A DNA stretch of 64,000 nucleotides. It comes from Bdellovibrionales bacterium. Lineage in GTDB: Bacteria; Bdellovibrionota; Bdellovibrionia; Bdellovibrionales; Bdellovibrionaceae. How positions within the stretch are numbered: the stretch's first letter is position 1; every line of letters begins with the position of its first letter. The notes under the pieces were generated by a model. That model worked only from the letters and a program-made list of their open reading frames with translations. It ran no database searches and was not told the origin of the DNA. Both the position numbers and the translations under genes were made by a program. Below are positions 46,605 through 56,382 of this stretch, piece after piece. The stretch spans positions 1 through 64,000 of the forward strand of contig JANMPT010000117.1 in the NCBI GenBank assembly GCA_031370005.1, read 5' to 3'.

Positions 46605-46964
46605 ATGGCAACAGATTCAAAATGTCCAAAGTGCAGCTCTGAAAACATCTATCAGGATGGCAATATGTGGATCTGCCCAGAATGCTCAAACGAATGGAGT
46701 GCATTAGCCTCTGCGCCACCAGAAGAAACCGCTATCGTTGAGGACAATCTAGTCCGCGATGCCAATCGGAATATCTTAAATGAAGGCGATACGGTTGTTG
46801 TTGTAAAAGATCTCAAGGTAAAGGGCTCCTCATCGGTAGTAAAAGTTGGCACAAAAGTTAAAAACATCCATCTAGTGGATGCTTCCGATGGACACAATAT
46901 TTCCTGTCGTATTGAGGGCTTTGGGGCAATGAGCTTAAAATCCGAATTTGTTAAAAAAGCCTAA
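46605..46964 (+). CDS. yjdM: YjdM/PhnA zinc-ribbon protein
   Basis: CPKC...CPEC..EW, DAN...L.EGD.V...[16 protein letters not shown]. Confidence 0.9.
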   Translation: MATDSKCPKCSSENIYQDGNMWICPECSNEWSALASAPPEETAIVEDNLVRDANRNILNEGDTVVVVKDLKVKGSSSVVKVGTKVKNIHLVDASDGHNISCRIEGFGAMSLKSEFVKKA

Positions 46965-47184
46965 GCTGTTTCTCTTCCACTTACTGTCGCTACATACGTG
47001 ATGTCTCCGACCCACACCTGGCTATGCCCAGCAAGATGCCGCAAAGTTGAGCTTCAGTTTGAAATTCACACCAAGGTGGCTATCTGGTATCAGTTTGCGA
47101 ATGTCTGGCTCTTTGATTCAGTGAATCCCCAGAAATTTTAAAATGCAAGCTAGCCACACCATTGCAGTATTTTAAAACCTTAAA

Positions 47185-47619
47185 TCAGCCAGCAGCGCCA
47201 CCTACTGTGCGTATGTCGATAATACATTCTCCAGATTTATTGCAGACTACTGAGTTTACATCTACTTCGACAGAGGAATAACCGGGGAATAGTTTGGCTT
47301 TTAAGTTGTTCACCAAATCACTTAATTGCTTGCCAGGAGCACCAGTAATCTGAGTTCTAAATGTTCCCCCGTCAGACGCTGGCCCCTTTGCCAGACAACC
47401 AGCTGGAGACAAATCAAAAGCTGCTTGGCAACGCAGACCCGTTATAGTTATAGTACCATTAATGACAGGAATTTTTCCTGATCCTGACTGAAGAATCATA
47501 ATGAGTTTTGCACTGTCATCACCCAGCAGAGTAACTGTTTTCTGTGCGGCGTTCCCCGTTACAGAAACCATAATAGCAATACAAAATGCGCAGAGTGAAA
47601 ATATCTTAGAATTTTTCAC
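47185..47619 (-). CDS. Small secreted Cys-containing hypothetical protein
   Basis: AGGAG RBS, signal peptide, four Cys in the mature part. Confidence 0.65.
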   Translation of the reverse strand: MKNSKIFSLCAFCIAIMVSVTGNAAQKTVTLLGDDSAKLIMILQSGSGKIPVINGTITITGLRCQAAFDLSPAGCLAKGPASDGGTFRTQITGAPGKQLSDLVNNLKAKLFPGYSSVEVDVNSVVCNKSGECIIDIRTVGGAAG

Positions 47620-47634
47620 GAAATCTCCTTTTTG

Positions 47635-48060
47635 TTAATTAAATTTACAAGTGAAGGTCTTACTATCAATGAAAAGCTGAGTGCCATAAATGCCCGATCT
47701 TCTATATTGGATAGCCTCGATTTGTTGTAAATTTGGCGAGATGATCATCTTGACCGAATCTTTAGTGAAATTTGTTCTAGCTATATTGATATAAGTCATA
47801 GTTCTCCCATCGTAGGAAATCGTGGCTTCATCCGACGACGAGAAGGATGATTGAAAGGTCTGATTAAGCCCCTTAGACAAAGGAAGAAGTTCGCTTGGGA
47901 TAAGAATTCGTGCCCATTGTCGAGATGGAAGGTGGTCTACGCGAATTTCCACGGCACCTTTATTGTTTTTGCTGTAAGAAGTCTGACAATCAGATTGGGC
48001 ATAAACCAACGAAGAACAAAATAAGGCACAGGACAATAGAAAAAAACTGTAATTTTTCAT
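47635..48060 (-). CDS. Small secreted hypothetical protein
   Basis: ATG 48060 with GAGG; signal peptide ending VYA; terminal Cys pair. Confidence 0.6.
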   Translation of the reverse strand: MKNYSFFLLSCALFCSSLVYAQSDCQTSYSKNNKGAVEIRVDHLPSRQWARILIPSELLPLSKGLNQTFQSSFSSSDEATISYDGRTMTYINIARTNFTKDSVKMIISPNLQQIEAIQYRRSGIYGTQLFIDSKTFTCKFN

Positions 48061-48345
48061 AAAAAACCTCGAAAGATCAGTTGATACCCTTGCAAAGTTG
48101 GTTGGACTTCCCTTTATCCCAGCACTTAATGCAACAACTAATGCAACAACTATTCCAAGCGCGATTTCTTGTTTATTTTGATCTGGATGTGGCGATTGCC
48201 TCAAGATTAACACCGAGTTGACGTGTGGCTTGTAGAGCCATTTGAGTAAGATGTCACAATTTGTGGTGTTGCAATGGCTGTTAGTGAAATTGACATTAAG
48301 CTTAAAATTGTCATGACTTCTTCAAGTCTCCCAGCCAAGAACTTC

Positions 48346-48640
48346 TTAGAAAGATGTTTTTTTGCCGTCAAACTCAACGTCCATATCCATCAACCCTTTT
48401 TCGATATCTATGATCGCAATGAAAATAATTATTCTTCGACAAGTGATTCCGGCACGAACTAGGGATGAGCGCACTCCATTTTCTGAGCGGCCATATTCCT
48501 TGGCGATTTCCGCGAGAGAATACCCTTTTTGGTATTTTTCAATGAAATTGGGAGTTAAATCAAATTTTCCTTTTGCGAAAAAGAAAGCAAAATCAGCAGG
48601 GTAGAGTCGTTCGGACAATGGAAAACATGGTTTGGGCCTA
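48346..48640 (-). pseudogene. HTH-containing fragment, possible mobile-element/recombinase relic
   Basis: EKYQKGYSLAEIAKEYGRSENGVRSSLVRAGI is an HTH; the flanks look degenerate and the 5' boundary is approximate. Confidence 0.4.
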
Positions 48641-48703
48641 CAACTTAGGTCACACTGCATCTGCCTGAAAACACTAGACTTTTGGCCAGTATCATTTGCA
48701 ATA

Positions 48704-48744
48704 GTACATTCCAATATGTACGCCACAGGCATACAATTGTATGC
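48704..48744. promoter_or_regulatory. Two palindromes, probable operator of the HTH-MNT/HEPN operon
   Basis: GTACAT-N6-ATGTAC (48704-48721) and perfect GCATACAATTGTATGC (48729-48744), just before ATG 48758. Confidence 0.6.
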
Positions 48745-48757
48745 TATTAACATACAC

Positions 48758-49336
48758 ATGAATTTACTCACTCAGATCCTATCAAGCCAAGTTCGCGCTG
48801 AAATTTTTCGTCTGCTTTTTAACGGCGACAAAGTTTCAATTCATCTTCGTGATCTTCAAAGACAATCAGGTTTGTCTATTGGAACGATTCAAAAAGAAAT
48901 TGCTCATCTTAAAGAATTGGATCTCGTGACGCCCGAACGCGATGGCAATCGTCTTTACTACACCGCAAATACCGATCATCCGCTTTATAAAGAAATCTGC
49001 GGCCTCGTCGAAAAAACTTCCGGCATTGCAGAGCGATTAAAGGAAACATTGAGATCGGTAAAAGAAATCGAATGTGCGTTTATCTTTGGATCTTATGCGA
49101 AGGGTGAAGAAAAATCCCATAGTGATGTCGATCTGATTATTATCGGGAATGTAGGACTCCGCGCCCTTTCAACAATTTTTAAAAATCTAACAAATCAAAT
49201 CCAACGCGAAATAAATCCGCACGTCTACTCGAGGAAATCGTGGAAAGAAAAAGTGAAGAAGAAAGACCACTTTATCAAAAGCGTACTCGGAGAAAAAAAA
49301 GTCTTTCTAGTCGGAGATGAAAATGTCATTAGCTGA
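48758..49336 (+). CDS. wHTH + MNT nucleotidyltransferase antitoxin
   Basis: SSQVRAEIF...HLRDLQRQ HTH; FIFGSYAKG...SDVDLIII; REINP. Confidence 0.85.
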   Translation: MNLLTQILSSQVRAEIFRLLFNGDKVSIHLRDLQRQSGLSIGTIQKEIAHLKELDLVTPERDGNRLYYTANTDHPLYKEICGLVEKTSGIAERLKETLRSVKEIECAFIFGSYAKGEEKSHSDVDLIIIGNVGLRALSTIFKNLTNQIQREINPHVYSRKSWKEKVKKKDHFIKSVLGEKKVFLVGDENVIS

Positions 49337-49766
49337 TTGGGCTAAAAATGGCTGGCTACGTCCGCATAAGCCAACGAAAGAGGAAGTTGCCAATCTTTTA
49401 GAAATTGTTGAGCGCGATTTGAAAGACACTTCCGCAAAAGGGCTTTCTGACGATTGGAAGTTTGGCATCGCATACAACGCAGCACTTAAGCTTTGTACCA
49501 TTTTACTCCATAGCTCTGGCTACCGTCCCGAGAAAAATTTAGCTCACTATCGAACCCTGCAATCATTGCCTCTTATTTTAGGCGACAAGCATAAATCGAA
49601 CGCAGATTATCTCGACACTTGCCGCAAAAAGCGCAATGAAACTGAATATGATTTTGCCGGTAATGTGAGTGAGGACGAAGCACAAGAGCTCTTAGCCTTC
49701 TGCCAGGAATTGAAAAATGAAGTTGAAATCTGGCTTAAGAAAAATCACAAGGGCCTGGCGAAATGA
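49317..49766 (+). CDS. HEPN-like protein (partner toxin)
   Basis: AYNAA, GYRP, H, RKKRNETEY; overlaps the MNT gene. Confidence 0.75.
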   Translation: MKMSLADWAKNGWLRPHKPTKEEVANLLEIVERDLKDTSAKGLSDDWKFGIAYNAALKLCTILLHSSGYRPEKNLAHYRTLQSLPLILGDKHKSNADYLDTCRKKRNETEYDFAGNVSEDEAQELLAFCQELKNEVEIWLKKNHKGLAK

Positions 49767-49886
49767 CACGTTACTGAGCGACTTGCTTTGCGGCTTTTAG
49801 CTTGCAATATTAAAGCGATATTTTAGGTCGCAGAATGCAAAAAGAGTTCATCAACAACGAACAGGTTGAAAAATTCTAAAGTAGTT

Positions 49887-50504
49887 TCACACAACGTACA
49901 TAACTAAACACAAATACTGAAAAAGTGTGCCGCCAATAACGCCGATATGCCATATGCCATGGCCATGTTTGATGCGTGTATCGTTGAGATAGAAATAGAA
50001 GCCAATGGCATAGGAAACGTATCCCGCCATGATCAAAGCGAAGCCCTGAGGGGGAAGCGTATCAATTAAATTTTTAAGCACCGGCAAAATTGATAGCGTC
50101 ATGATGCAGTAGATGATTAAGGAATAGCGACGAGTTTTTTTGCCGAGACTGAACTCATGTAAAATACCAATGATTGCAAGACACCAGATAACGGTTAGCG
50201 TGGCCCAACCGATAGTCCCACGCAGTAGAATGATCAGAAAAGGCGTTTGGTTTCCTGCAATTTTAAGATAGATGCCAATATAGTCCAAGCGCCGGAGCAA
50301 ATTTTTAATTGTTCCCTGCGAGCCATGATACAAAGTGGATGCAGAATAAAGACCGACTGTGGTTACAGCATATATGGCGACGGCTATGACTTCGACGAGG
50401 TTGTTTTTGGAAACCGCAAGTGAAAGAGCAATAACAGCTCCCAGGAGAGCAAAGCCAGTGGCGATAAGGTGACTGATGGTATTGAAACGTTCTCCATACT
50501 GCAT
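49887..50504 (-). CDS. Hemolysin III / PAQR (TrhA) family membrane protein
   Basis: ERFNTISH, STLYH, RLDYIGIY..IAG, HGIWH. Confidence 0.9.
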   Translation of the reverse strand: MQYGERFNTISHLIATGFALLGAVIALSLAVSKNNLVEVIAVAIYAVTTVGLYSASTLYHGSQGTIKNLLRRLDYIGIYLKIAGNQTPFLIILLRGTIGWATLTVIWCLAIIGILHEFSLGKKTRRYSLIIYCIMTLSILPVLKNLIDTLPPQGFALIMAGYVSYAIGFYFYLNDTRIKHGHGIWHIGVIGGTLFQYLCLVMYVV

Positions 50505-50534
50505 TTATCCAATTTATCACTGATTCAGGGCAAT

Positions 50535-50562
50535 AAAAAAGGGACCCATGAGGTCCCTTTTT
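50535..50562. terminator. Bidirectional terminator
   Basis: AAAAAAGGGACC-catga-GGTCCCTTTTT. Confidence 0.8.
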
Positions 50563-50600
50563 AAATTTGGATTTTGATCTAGGTCTGTAAGAGCAGCAAG

Positions 50601-51188
50601 CTAGAACATAATAGAGAAGTTCAAGAACTCAATATCAAAACCGATGTCCAGATCACCTTGCTTCGTTAAGGAAGCCGTTGGAATGTAGTTGACGTTGCCC
50701 CAGATAGGGAAACGTTTGCCGCCGCCAATTGTGAACCCAAATTTGCTTTCGTGACCAGTTTTATAGTTTTTCCAAACTGGATAGATCCCGAAACCACCCT
50801 GCACGAAGAAAGCTTGTTTGAAGTTTGTATCGAAGTTGTAAACTCCCAAAGCCACCAAAGTCAGAAGGGTTTCGTTGCTGCCGCCGCCGCTGGTGGAGTT
50901 AATGCGGGCCATGCCGCCAGCTTGGATATTAGAGTCGAGGGTTCGTAGGTAGGTCCCTGAGATATCAATATTGGTTTGGCTGTCGCAATTGCCACAATCT
51001 TTGCCAGTTAAAAGTTTGCCATAGGTGAAATTTGTGATGATCTCATTTTCGTTACTGAAGTTCACCGAAGAGCCATAGGCCGAAGTGTTTGAGTAAGCCC
51101 CACTGCGAGTGCCGTGCTGGGCAAAAACAGTCGATGCCGTAAAGACGATGATAGTTGCTGCAAGTATATTTTGGATGAATTTTTTCAC
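50601..51188 (-). CDS. Small outer-membrane beta-barrel protein
   Basis: Signal peptide, alternating strands, terminal Phe. Confidence 0.7.
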   Translation of the reverse strand: MKKFIQNILAATIIVFTASTVFAQHGTRSGAYSNTSAYGSSVNFSNENEIITNFTYGKLLTGKDCGNCDSQTNIDISGTYLRTLDSNIQAGGMARINSTSGGGSNETLLTLVALGVYNFDTNFKQAFFVQGGFGIYPVWKNYKTGHESKFGFTIGGGKRFPIWGNVNYIPTASLTKQGDLDIGFDIEFLNFSIMF

Positions 51189-51254
51189 GTTGGACTCCTT
51201 AAGTTGTGAACTAAAATAACAAAAGCTTTGTCACAGCCAGGCGCACAGTCAAGA

Positions 51255-53492
51255 TTAAATTTTTTCCAATCGGGCATATTTAACGATAAATTTTTTGACC
51301 GTGCTATCTGCAAACATCACGCTAACCTTAAGGTCCTCGCCCGATCCCTCAGTTGCAAACACCGAGCCCACTCCGAAGGTGGGATGACGCACGCGCATCC
51401 CTTTGTGGAAAGACATTCCGCCGGTAACATCGTCAGAATGATAATCCGGGAAACTCTGAGCGCTATGATCATTTCTGTCTTCATCCTGATCGCTCGAGGA
51501 GCCATAACGAGACAAAAAGCGAGGGCTTTCAATTGCTGATTTAAACTCAACTAAATTCTGAGGGATTTCTTTGAGAAAACGTGACGGAGGATTAAATTGT
51601 TCTTGTCCCCAGACGCGGCGGACGCGGGTATAGGTTAGCCATAATTTTTCGCGAGCACGGGTCATGCCGACGTAGGCTAAACGACGCTCTTCCTCCACAT
51701 CCTCATTGCCGGAGTCGTCAACTCCGCGATTGCTCGGGAAAAGGTTTTCCTCAAGGCCAACAATGAAGACAAACGGGAACTCTAAACCTTTTGATACATG
51801 CAGAGTCATCAAAGTGACAGAGTTTTGTTCTTGATTGAGTGAGTCTACATCAGAGACCAAGGCCATCTCCTCAAGAAAGGATTGCAGGTGGCCCTCTTCG
51901 CCCCGCTCTTTGGCAAACTGAGTAATGGCATTGTCTAATTCATCTAAGTTTTCAATCCGCGCCTTGGCTTCTGGCGAATCATCGGTTTTCAGTGCGGTTA
52001 CGTACTCAGTGCGATCCAAAAGAATATGGTAAAACTCTGGCAAATTAAACTGCCTTGCAGAGGTTTGCAGTTCTTCAAGGATGGTTAAAAATCTGCGAAT
52101 CTTTCCAGTGGTGCCAGCGTTAAACAGCCTGGTATCCATGCTTTTTTGAGCTGCGACATAAAGACTGATCTTATGCTCAATGGAATACTCTTCAAGCTTA
52201 TCCACGGTGGTCTTGCCAATGCCCCGAGCGGGAACATTGATGATCCTTTTAAAGGCCACGTCATCGGAGGGATTCATGGAAAGCTTCATATATGAAATCA
52301 TATCTTTGATTTCCATGCGTTCATAGAAACGCACGCCGCCGATCAGTCGGTAAGGAATGCCGTGAGTCCGCATTTGCTCCTCAAGGACGCGAGACTGCGC
52401 GTTGGTACGATAAAAAACGGCGTAGCTGTTGTAAGTGCCGTCACCTGACGCCATCATCGAGTGAACGGTCTTCGCGACAAAACGAGCCTCATCGTATTCA
52501 TTTTTCTCTTCGTGAACTTGAATCAAATCCCCTTCCGCATTGGAGGTGAATAATGTCTTATCTTTACGCTGGGTATTGTTTTTAATGACGTGTGTGGCAG
52601 CCGTAACAATGTTTGAAGATGAACGATAGTTTTCTTCAAGCTTGACGACTTTGGCCTCTGGGAAGTCTTTCTCAAAATCGAGGATATTCGAGATATCTGC
52701 GCCTCGCCAACTATAGATCGATTGATCCTCGTCGCCAACAACACAAAGATTACGATGTTTCTTTGCGAGGAGTTGTACTAGCAGATACTGGATATGATTG
52801 GTATCTTGGTATTCATCCACCATGATGTAACGGAACTTATCTTGGTAGGCCTCCAAGATATCAGGATACATACGGAAGATCTCATAGGTTTTTAGAAGTA
52901 AGTCGTCGAAGTCGAGACTGTTCGCTTTTTTCATTTCAGTTTCATAGAGTGAATAGACCTCGAGAGTTTTTGCATCCATGAGAGGGCGGTTGTTTTTGCG
53001 GAGCTCCTCAGGGCTAAGGGCTAAAATCTTGGCATCGCTGATGCGGCCCTGAAAGTTTTTAGGCGGATACATTTTGTCATTGATGTTCAGAGCTTTCATG
53101 ACTTTTTTGATTTGGCTCAACTGATCAGAGGAGTCATAGATTCCAAAAAAGGCTTTGTAATCCAAAAGGGTGATGTGGGTTCTTAGAACACGAACGCAAA
53201 AGCTATGGAATGTGCTAATCCAAAGCTGGCCTCGAACCGACACTCCAATATCCAAAAGGGTTTTATAAATGCGGGCTTCCATCTCTTTGGCCGCCTTATT
53301 CGTGAAGGTGACACAGAGGATTTCATCTGGAGCAGCGGCTCCGCGGGCAATGATATTTGCCATTCTATGGGTTAAAACTCTGGTTTTGCCTGAGCCAGCA
53401 CCGGCCAGAATCAATATAGGCCCGTTCAAGAGCTCAACGGCCTCAGATTGAGGGGGATTCAGGTTCTTGGTAATTTTTGCAAAAACATCCAT
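51255..53492 (-). CDS. uvrD: UvrD/PcrA ATP-dependent DNA helicase
   Basis: AGAGSGKT, DEYQD, GDEDQSIY, ENYRS, TLHVSKGLEF, EERRLAYVGMTRA; C-terminal Tudor-like domain. Confidence 0.95.
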   Translation of the reverse strand: MDVFAKITKNLNPPQSEAVELLNGPILILAGAGSGKTRVLTHRMANIIARGAAAPDEILCVTFTNKAAKEMEARIYKTLLDIGVSVRGQLWISTFHSFCVRVLRTHITLLDYKAFFGIYDSSDQLSQIKKVMKALNINDKMYPPKNFQGRISDAKILALSPEELRKNNRPLMDAKTLEVYSLYETEMKKANSLDFDDLLLKTYEIFRMYPDILEAYQDKFRYIMVDEYQDTNHIQYLLVQLLAKKHRNLCVVGDEDQSIYSWRGADISNILDFEKDFPEAKVVKLEENYRSSSNIVTAATHVIKNNTQRKDKTLFTSNAEGDLIQVHEEKNEYDEARFVAKTVHSMMASGDGTYNSYAVFYRTNAQSRVLEEQMRTHGIPYRLIGGVRFYERMEIKDMISYMKLSMNPSDDVAFKRIINVPARGIGKTTVDKLEEYSIEHKISLYVAAQKSMDTRLFNAGTTGKIRRFLTILEELQTSARQFNLPEFYHILLDRTEYVTALKTDDSPEAKARIENLDELDNAITQFAKERGEEGHLQSFLEEMALVSDVDSLNQEQNSVTLMTLHVSKGLEFPFVFIVGLEENLFPSNRGVDDSGNEDVEEERRLAYVGMTRAREKLWLTYTRVRRVWGQEQFNPPSRFLKEIPQNLVEFKSAIESPRFLSRYGSSSDQDEDRNDHSAQSFPDYHSDDVTGGMSFHKGMRVRHPTFGVGSVFATEGSGEDLKVSVMFADSTVKKFIVKYARLEKI

Positions 53493-53615
53493 AGTTCTGA
53501 GAAATCCGCCCTTTTGCTGTATAAATAACGCATATAGTCAATAGATCAATTTGCGAGATTATTTTTGTATCTGAAACTTTGTACCTGAAACTTTATAGTC
53601 GCCGGAGATCACTTT

Positions 53616-54968
53616 GTGAAGCATTTTGGAATGAGTATCCTTCAATCTCTTCTTGGAGTTTCCGTAATAGCCCTTGTTTTAGGCTGTAGCCGAGAGCCAG
53701 ACACTCAACAGGTCTCCGGAGATGTTAAAACGCGCATTCCCTTTGCGGCAGAGGGAGGATCTTACAGTCTTCAAGAGGTGGTTTTATCAGGAATTAGCTC
53801 GCTTTATGAGTTCTCTGGCCGCTATGCGAACTTCTATATTTATCCCTCAGTTTCAGAAACCAAAATCTATGGTCATCAGCCAAAAACTCGTTTTCTTAAA
53901 TCTGGTGACCTGTATATTCCTGAAGATGAGTTGTCCCAACAAGTCGCTGTGATTTATGCCCATTTTCAAAGATTAGCCGCCTTGGATATTGAGTTGGGCG
54001 CAGGGGATGTGAATAGGTGGCCTCGGGACGTGGGGATTGCAGTTCGTTATAACACAGGCAAAAAGTATCAAACAAATAATGCATTTTATGATGGCACAAC
54101 CGATTCTATGTTGGTGGTGCCTTATACTCAGGATCATCTTCCCATTGCGGTAAATGCGGGTATTTTAGCCCATGAACATTTTCACTCTTTGTATTACAAA
54201 ATAGTCGAGAAGAATGTTTTTAAAAAGCCAATGCCTCTGCATGGTCAAGATATTCGTGCGGAAGTTTTGGGACAGAAAATCGTTGAAGAAAATCACCAAA
54301 TTACTAAACCACTTCCGGAAAATAACGACAGCTTTATTGAGGACTACCACGCGCTTTTCTCTCGCGGAATTAACGAAGGTTTGGCTGATTTTTGGGCATG
54401 GATTTATACGGGTGATCCCGATTTTTTACAAGCCTCCTTACCCACTGAAAAAGTTGGACGCAGCCTTAATATGAGCGAAGCCGAGGTGCAGGCGTATAAG
54501 TTCCCCAATTCAGAAGTATGGAAAATGCGATTGATCAATCGCTTTAATGAAAACCCCGAAGACAAGTGTCGCTATGACCGCGTTGCTTATTGTTTAGGGA
54601 CTGATTACGCACGGACATTGAAACGCTTTACCAATAGAGTGCAGTCCTCTCGCGGGTTGAGCTCCCAAGACGCTCGAAAAGTCGTGGGTGCTGCCATCGT
54701 GAAGGCCCTGCCGCTACTGAGAGAGGGCCTCTTAGCCCTTAAAAGGACTGAGTATTTTGAGCCGACAAGGTTCTTTAATATGCTTGAAAAATCAGTTGAT
54801 GGCATTACTAAGGAAGAAAAAGAGTTTCTCGAAGTATTGGTAACTAACGCGACAAAAAAAGAGGCCACACAAAGCGTGGGATCTCTTCGTTCTTCCGCAG
54901 AAGTGATCCCACCATCTGCGAAGATTATTCCTGCACCATTGTTCCCTGGTCAGGAAGTGGGCAAGTGA
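53616..54968 (+). CDS. Lipoprotein gluzincin metallopeptidase-like (M4/M36-like)
   Basis: Lipobox VLGC; NNAFYDG, AHEHFH (HExxH), INEGLADF. Confidence 0.7.
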   Translation: MKHFGMSILQSLLGVSVIALVLGCSREPDTQQVSGDVKTRIPFAAEGGSYSLQEVVLSGISSLYEFSGRYANFYIYPSVSETKIYGHQPKTRFLKSGDLYIPEDELSQQVAVIYAHFQRLAALDIELGAGDVNRWPRDVGIAVRYNTGKKYQTNNAFYDGTTDSMLVVPYTQDHLPIAVNAGILAHEHFHSLYYKIVEKNVFKKPMPLHGQDIRAEVLGQKIVEENHQITKPLPENNDSFIEDYHALFSRGINEGLADFWAWIYTGDPDFLQASLPTEKVGRSLNMSEAEVQAYKFPNSEVWKMRLINRFNENPEDKCRYDRVAYCLGTDYARTLKRFTNRVQSSRGLSSQDARKVVGAAIVKALPLLREGLLALKRTEYFEPTRFFNMLEKSVDGITKEEKEFLEVLVTNATKKEATQSVGSLRSSAEVIPPSAKIIPAPLFPGQEVGK

Positions 54969-55522
54969 AATTTCTATTTGGCATTATGACAGTTTTATTT
55001 TTCGGCTTTGTCTCAAAGGCGGCCGAACAGAAAACTTCACCATGGCATGTAAATCTTTTGCCCTTGAACGGAGAATACCGCTATGAACGCGATTCATCTC
55101 AACAGACGGTGGATCGCAGCCCGATAAGTCTAGCTGCTGGCGCGCGAAAAGGGACATCGACAATTTTATTTGAGTATTCTGCTTTCACAGAAAAAACAGG
55201 TAATTCAACTCTTTCAATTGATCGCAGCCACCAAGAGTATAGTTTTTGGTTGAAGGAAAATTTTATGAGCTTTGAGTCAGTAGATTTCTTTATTGGCGGC
55301 GGTCTTGGCGCTTACGAGGAAAAAGTTACGACGACATTGGCGGGCAGCGGCAGCGCGACGGATACAAGTGGGCTACAAATTATGGGCGGTACTTGTGCCG
55401 GAGTTCGGACGCTGGTGTTTCGTTATGTTCTTCTTAGTTTCGAGGGTCGCTTGATCGCGGGAAAGAGCTTTGACCCAAACCCACAGGTGAGTCTCCTAGC
55501 GCGTTTAGGAGTAGAGTTTTAA
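54965..55522 (+). CDS. Small outer-membrane beta-barrel protein
   Basis: Signal peptide, GGGLGAY, terminal RLGVEF; GTGA overlap. Confidence 0.7.
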   Translation: MKFLFGIMTVLFFGFVSKAAEQKTSPWHVNLLPLNGEYRYERDSSQQTVDRSPISLAAGARKGTSTILFEYSAFTEKTGNSTLSIDRSHQEYSFWLKENFMSFESVDFFIGGGLGAYEEKVTTTLAGSGSATDTSGLQIMGGTCAGVRTLVFRYVLLSFEGRLIAGKSFDPNPQVSLLARLGVEF

Positions 55523-55552
55523 AAAAAAACCCCGGCTTATTGCCGAGGCTTT
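55521..55552. terminator. Terminator between convergent genes
   Basis: A-tract followed by CCCGGC-ttatt-GCCGAGG and TTT. Confidence 0.5.
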
Positions 55553-55577
55553 CGGATACGCTTTTTAATCCAATAAA

Positions 55578-56285
55578 TTACTGAATGATTTTTTGAACGA
55601 GAGCAGAGCTTAACTTCGCTTTTGTCATAAGCTCTGTTCTATAGTCTTGAGCTTCTTTTGGGGTTGCAAAAAGGCCGACGCTGACGCGAAACCAGGTTTG
55701 ACCTTTAACTTTTGCCGGAATGTAAAAGGCACTGAAGCCCTTTGATTTTAAATTACCTGCGATTTTTTGTGCCTCATCCTCTTTTGCGTAAGCCCCAACT
55801 TGAACTGTGAATTTGCCAGCAGAGTACTGGTCAACATCTTTGGGGATACTTGACGGAGCACGATTGTCTTTTTCAATTTTATTTTCTTCAACTGCTACGG
55901 CCGTGATTGCTTTTCCATGAGTGATATTTTTTGCAGCAGACAGGGGCTCTTCTTGCTTAGTCTCCTCGTGACCACCTGTAGCAACGCCCGTTGCCGTGGA
56001 GTCGTCGGTGACGAACTCTTCTGCAAGTTTCGCGATCTCTTCATCACTCATTGTTTCGCCGACTTTGGCAGCAGTGTGTTCTTTTGCAGCTTCAGGTGCA
56101 ACTTCAGGGGAGCTGTGATCAAGCTTGTTTGGCTCTAGGGCCGCAAGCTTGTGTTGATTGTCACTGTATTTCTTGCCGACAAAAGTGCCAATTGAAAATG
56201 ACAAAAGAGAAATAAAAAACACCAGAACCATTTTTACGATCACATCAGTTTTAGCGCCCATGTATGAATTCCCTCGGGGTGACAT
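55578..56285 (-). CDS. SPOR-domain protein (FtsN/DedD-like)
   Basis: N-terminal TM, linker, FTVQVGAY...WFRVSVGLF. Confidence 0.88.
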   Translation of the reverse strand: MSPRGNSYMGAKTDVIVKMVLVFFISLLSFSIGTFVGKKYSDNQHKLAALEPNKLDHSSPEVAPEAAKEHTAAKVGETMSDEEIAKLAEEFVTDDSTATGVATGGHEETKQEEPLSAAKNITHGKAITAVAVEENKIEKDNRAPSSIPKDVDQYSAGKFTVQVGAYAKEDEAQKIAGNLKSKGFSAFYIPAKVKGQTWFRVSVGLFATPKEAQDYRTELMTKAKLSSALVQKIIQ

Positions 56286-56382
56286 AGAAGTTGATTAAGA
56301 GTCATTCCATAGACTCTTCTTTTATGTTAGCGTCAGGCGAAAAGTCGGTCAATAAAGGACCAGTCTAGGAAAGGCGAAAACA

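Noticed and set aside
42852..48237. 11-bp direct repeat GGCTTGTAGAG (42852-42862 and 48227-48237) as attL/attR
   Set aside because: Many 11-mer repeats are expected by chance in 64 kb, and no integrase or tRNA is associated.
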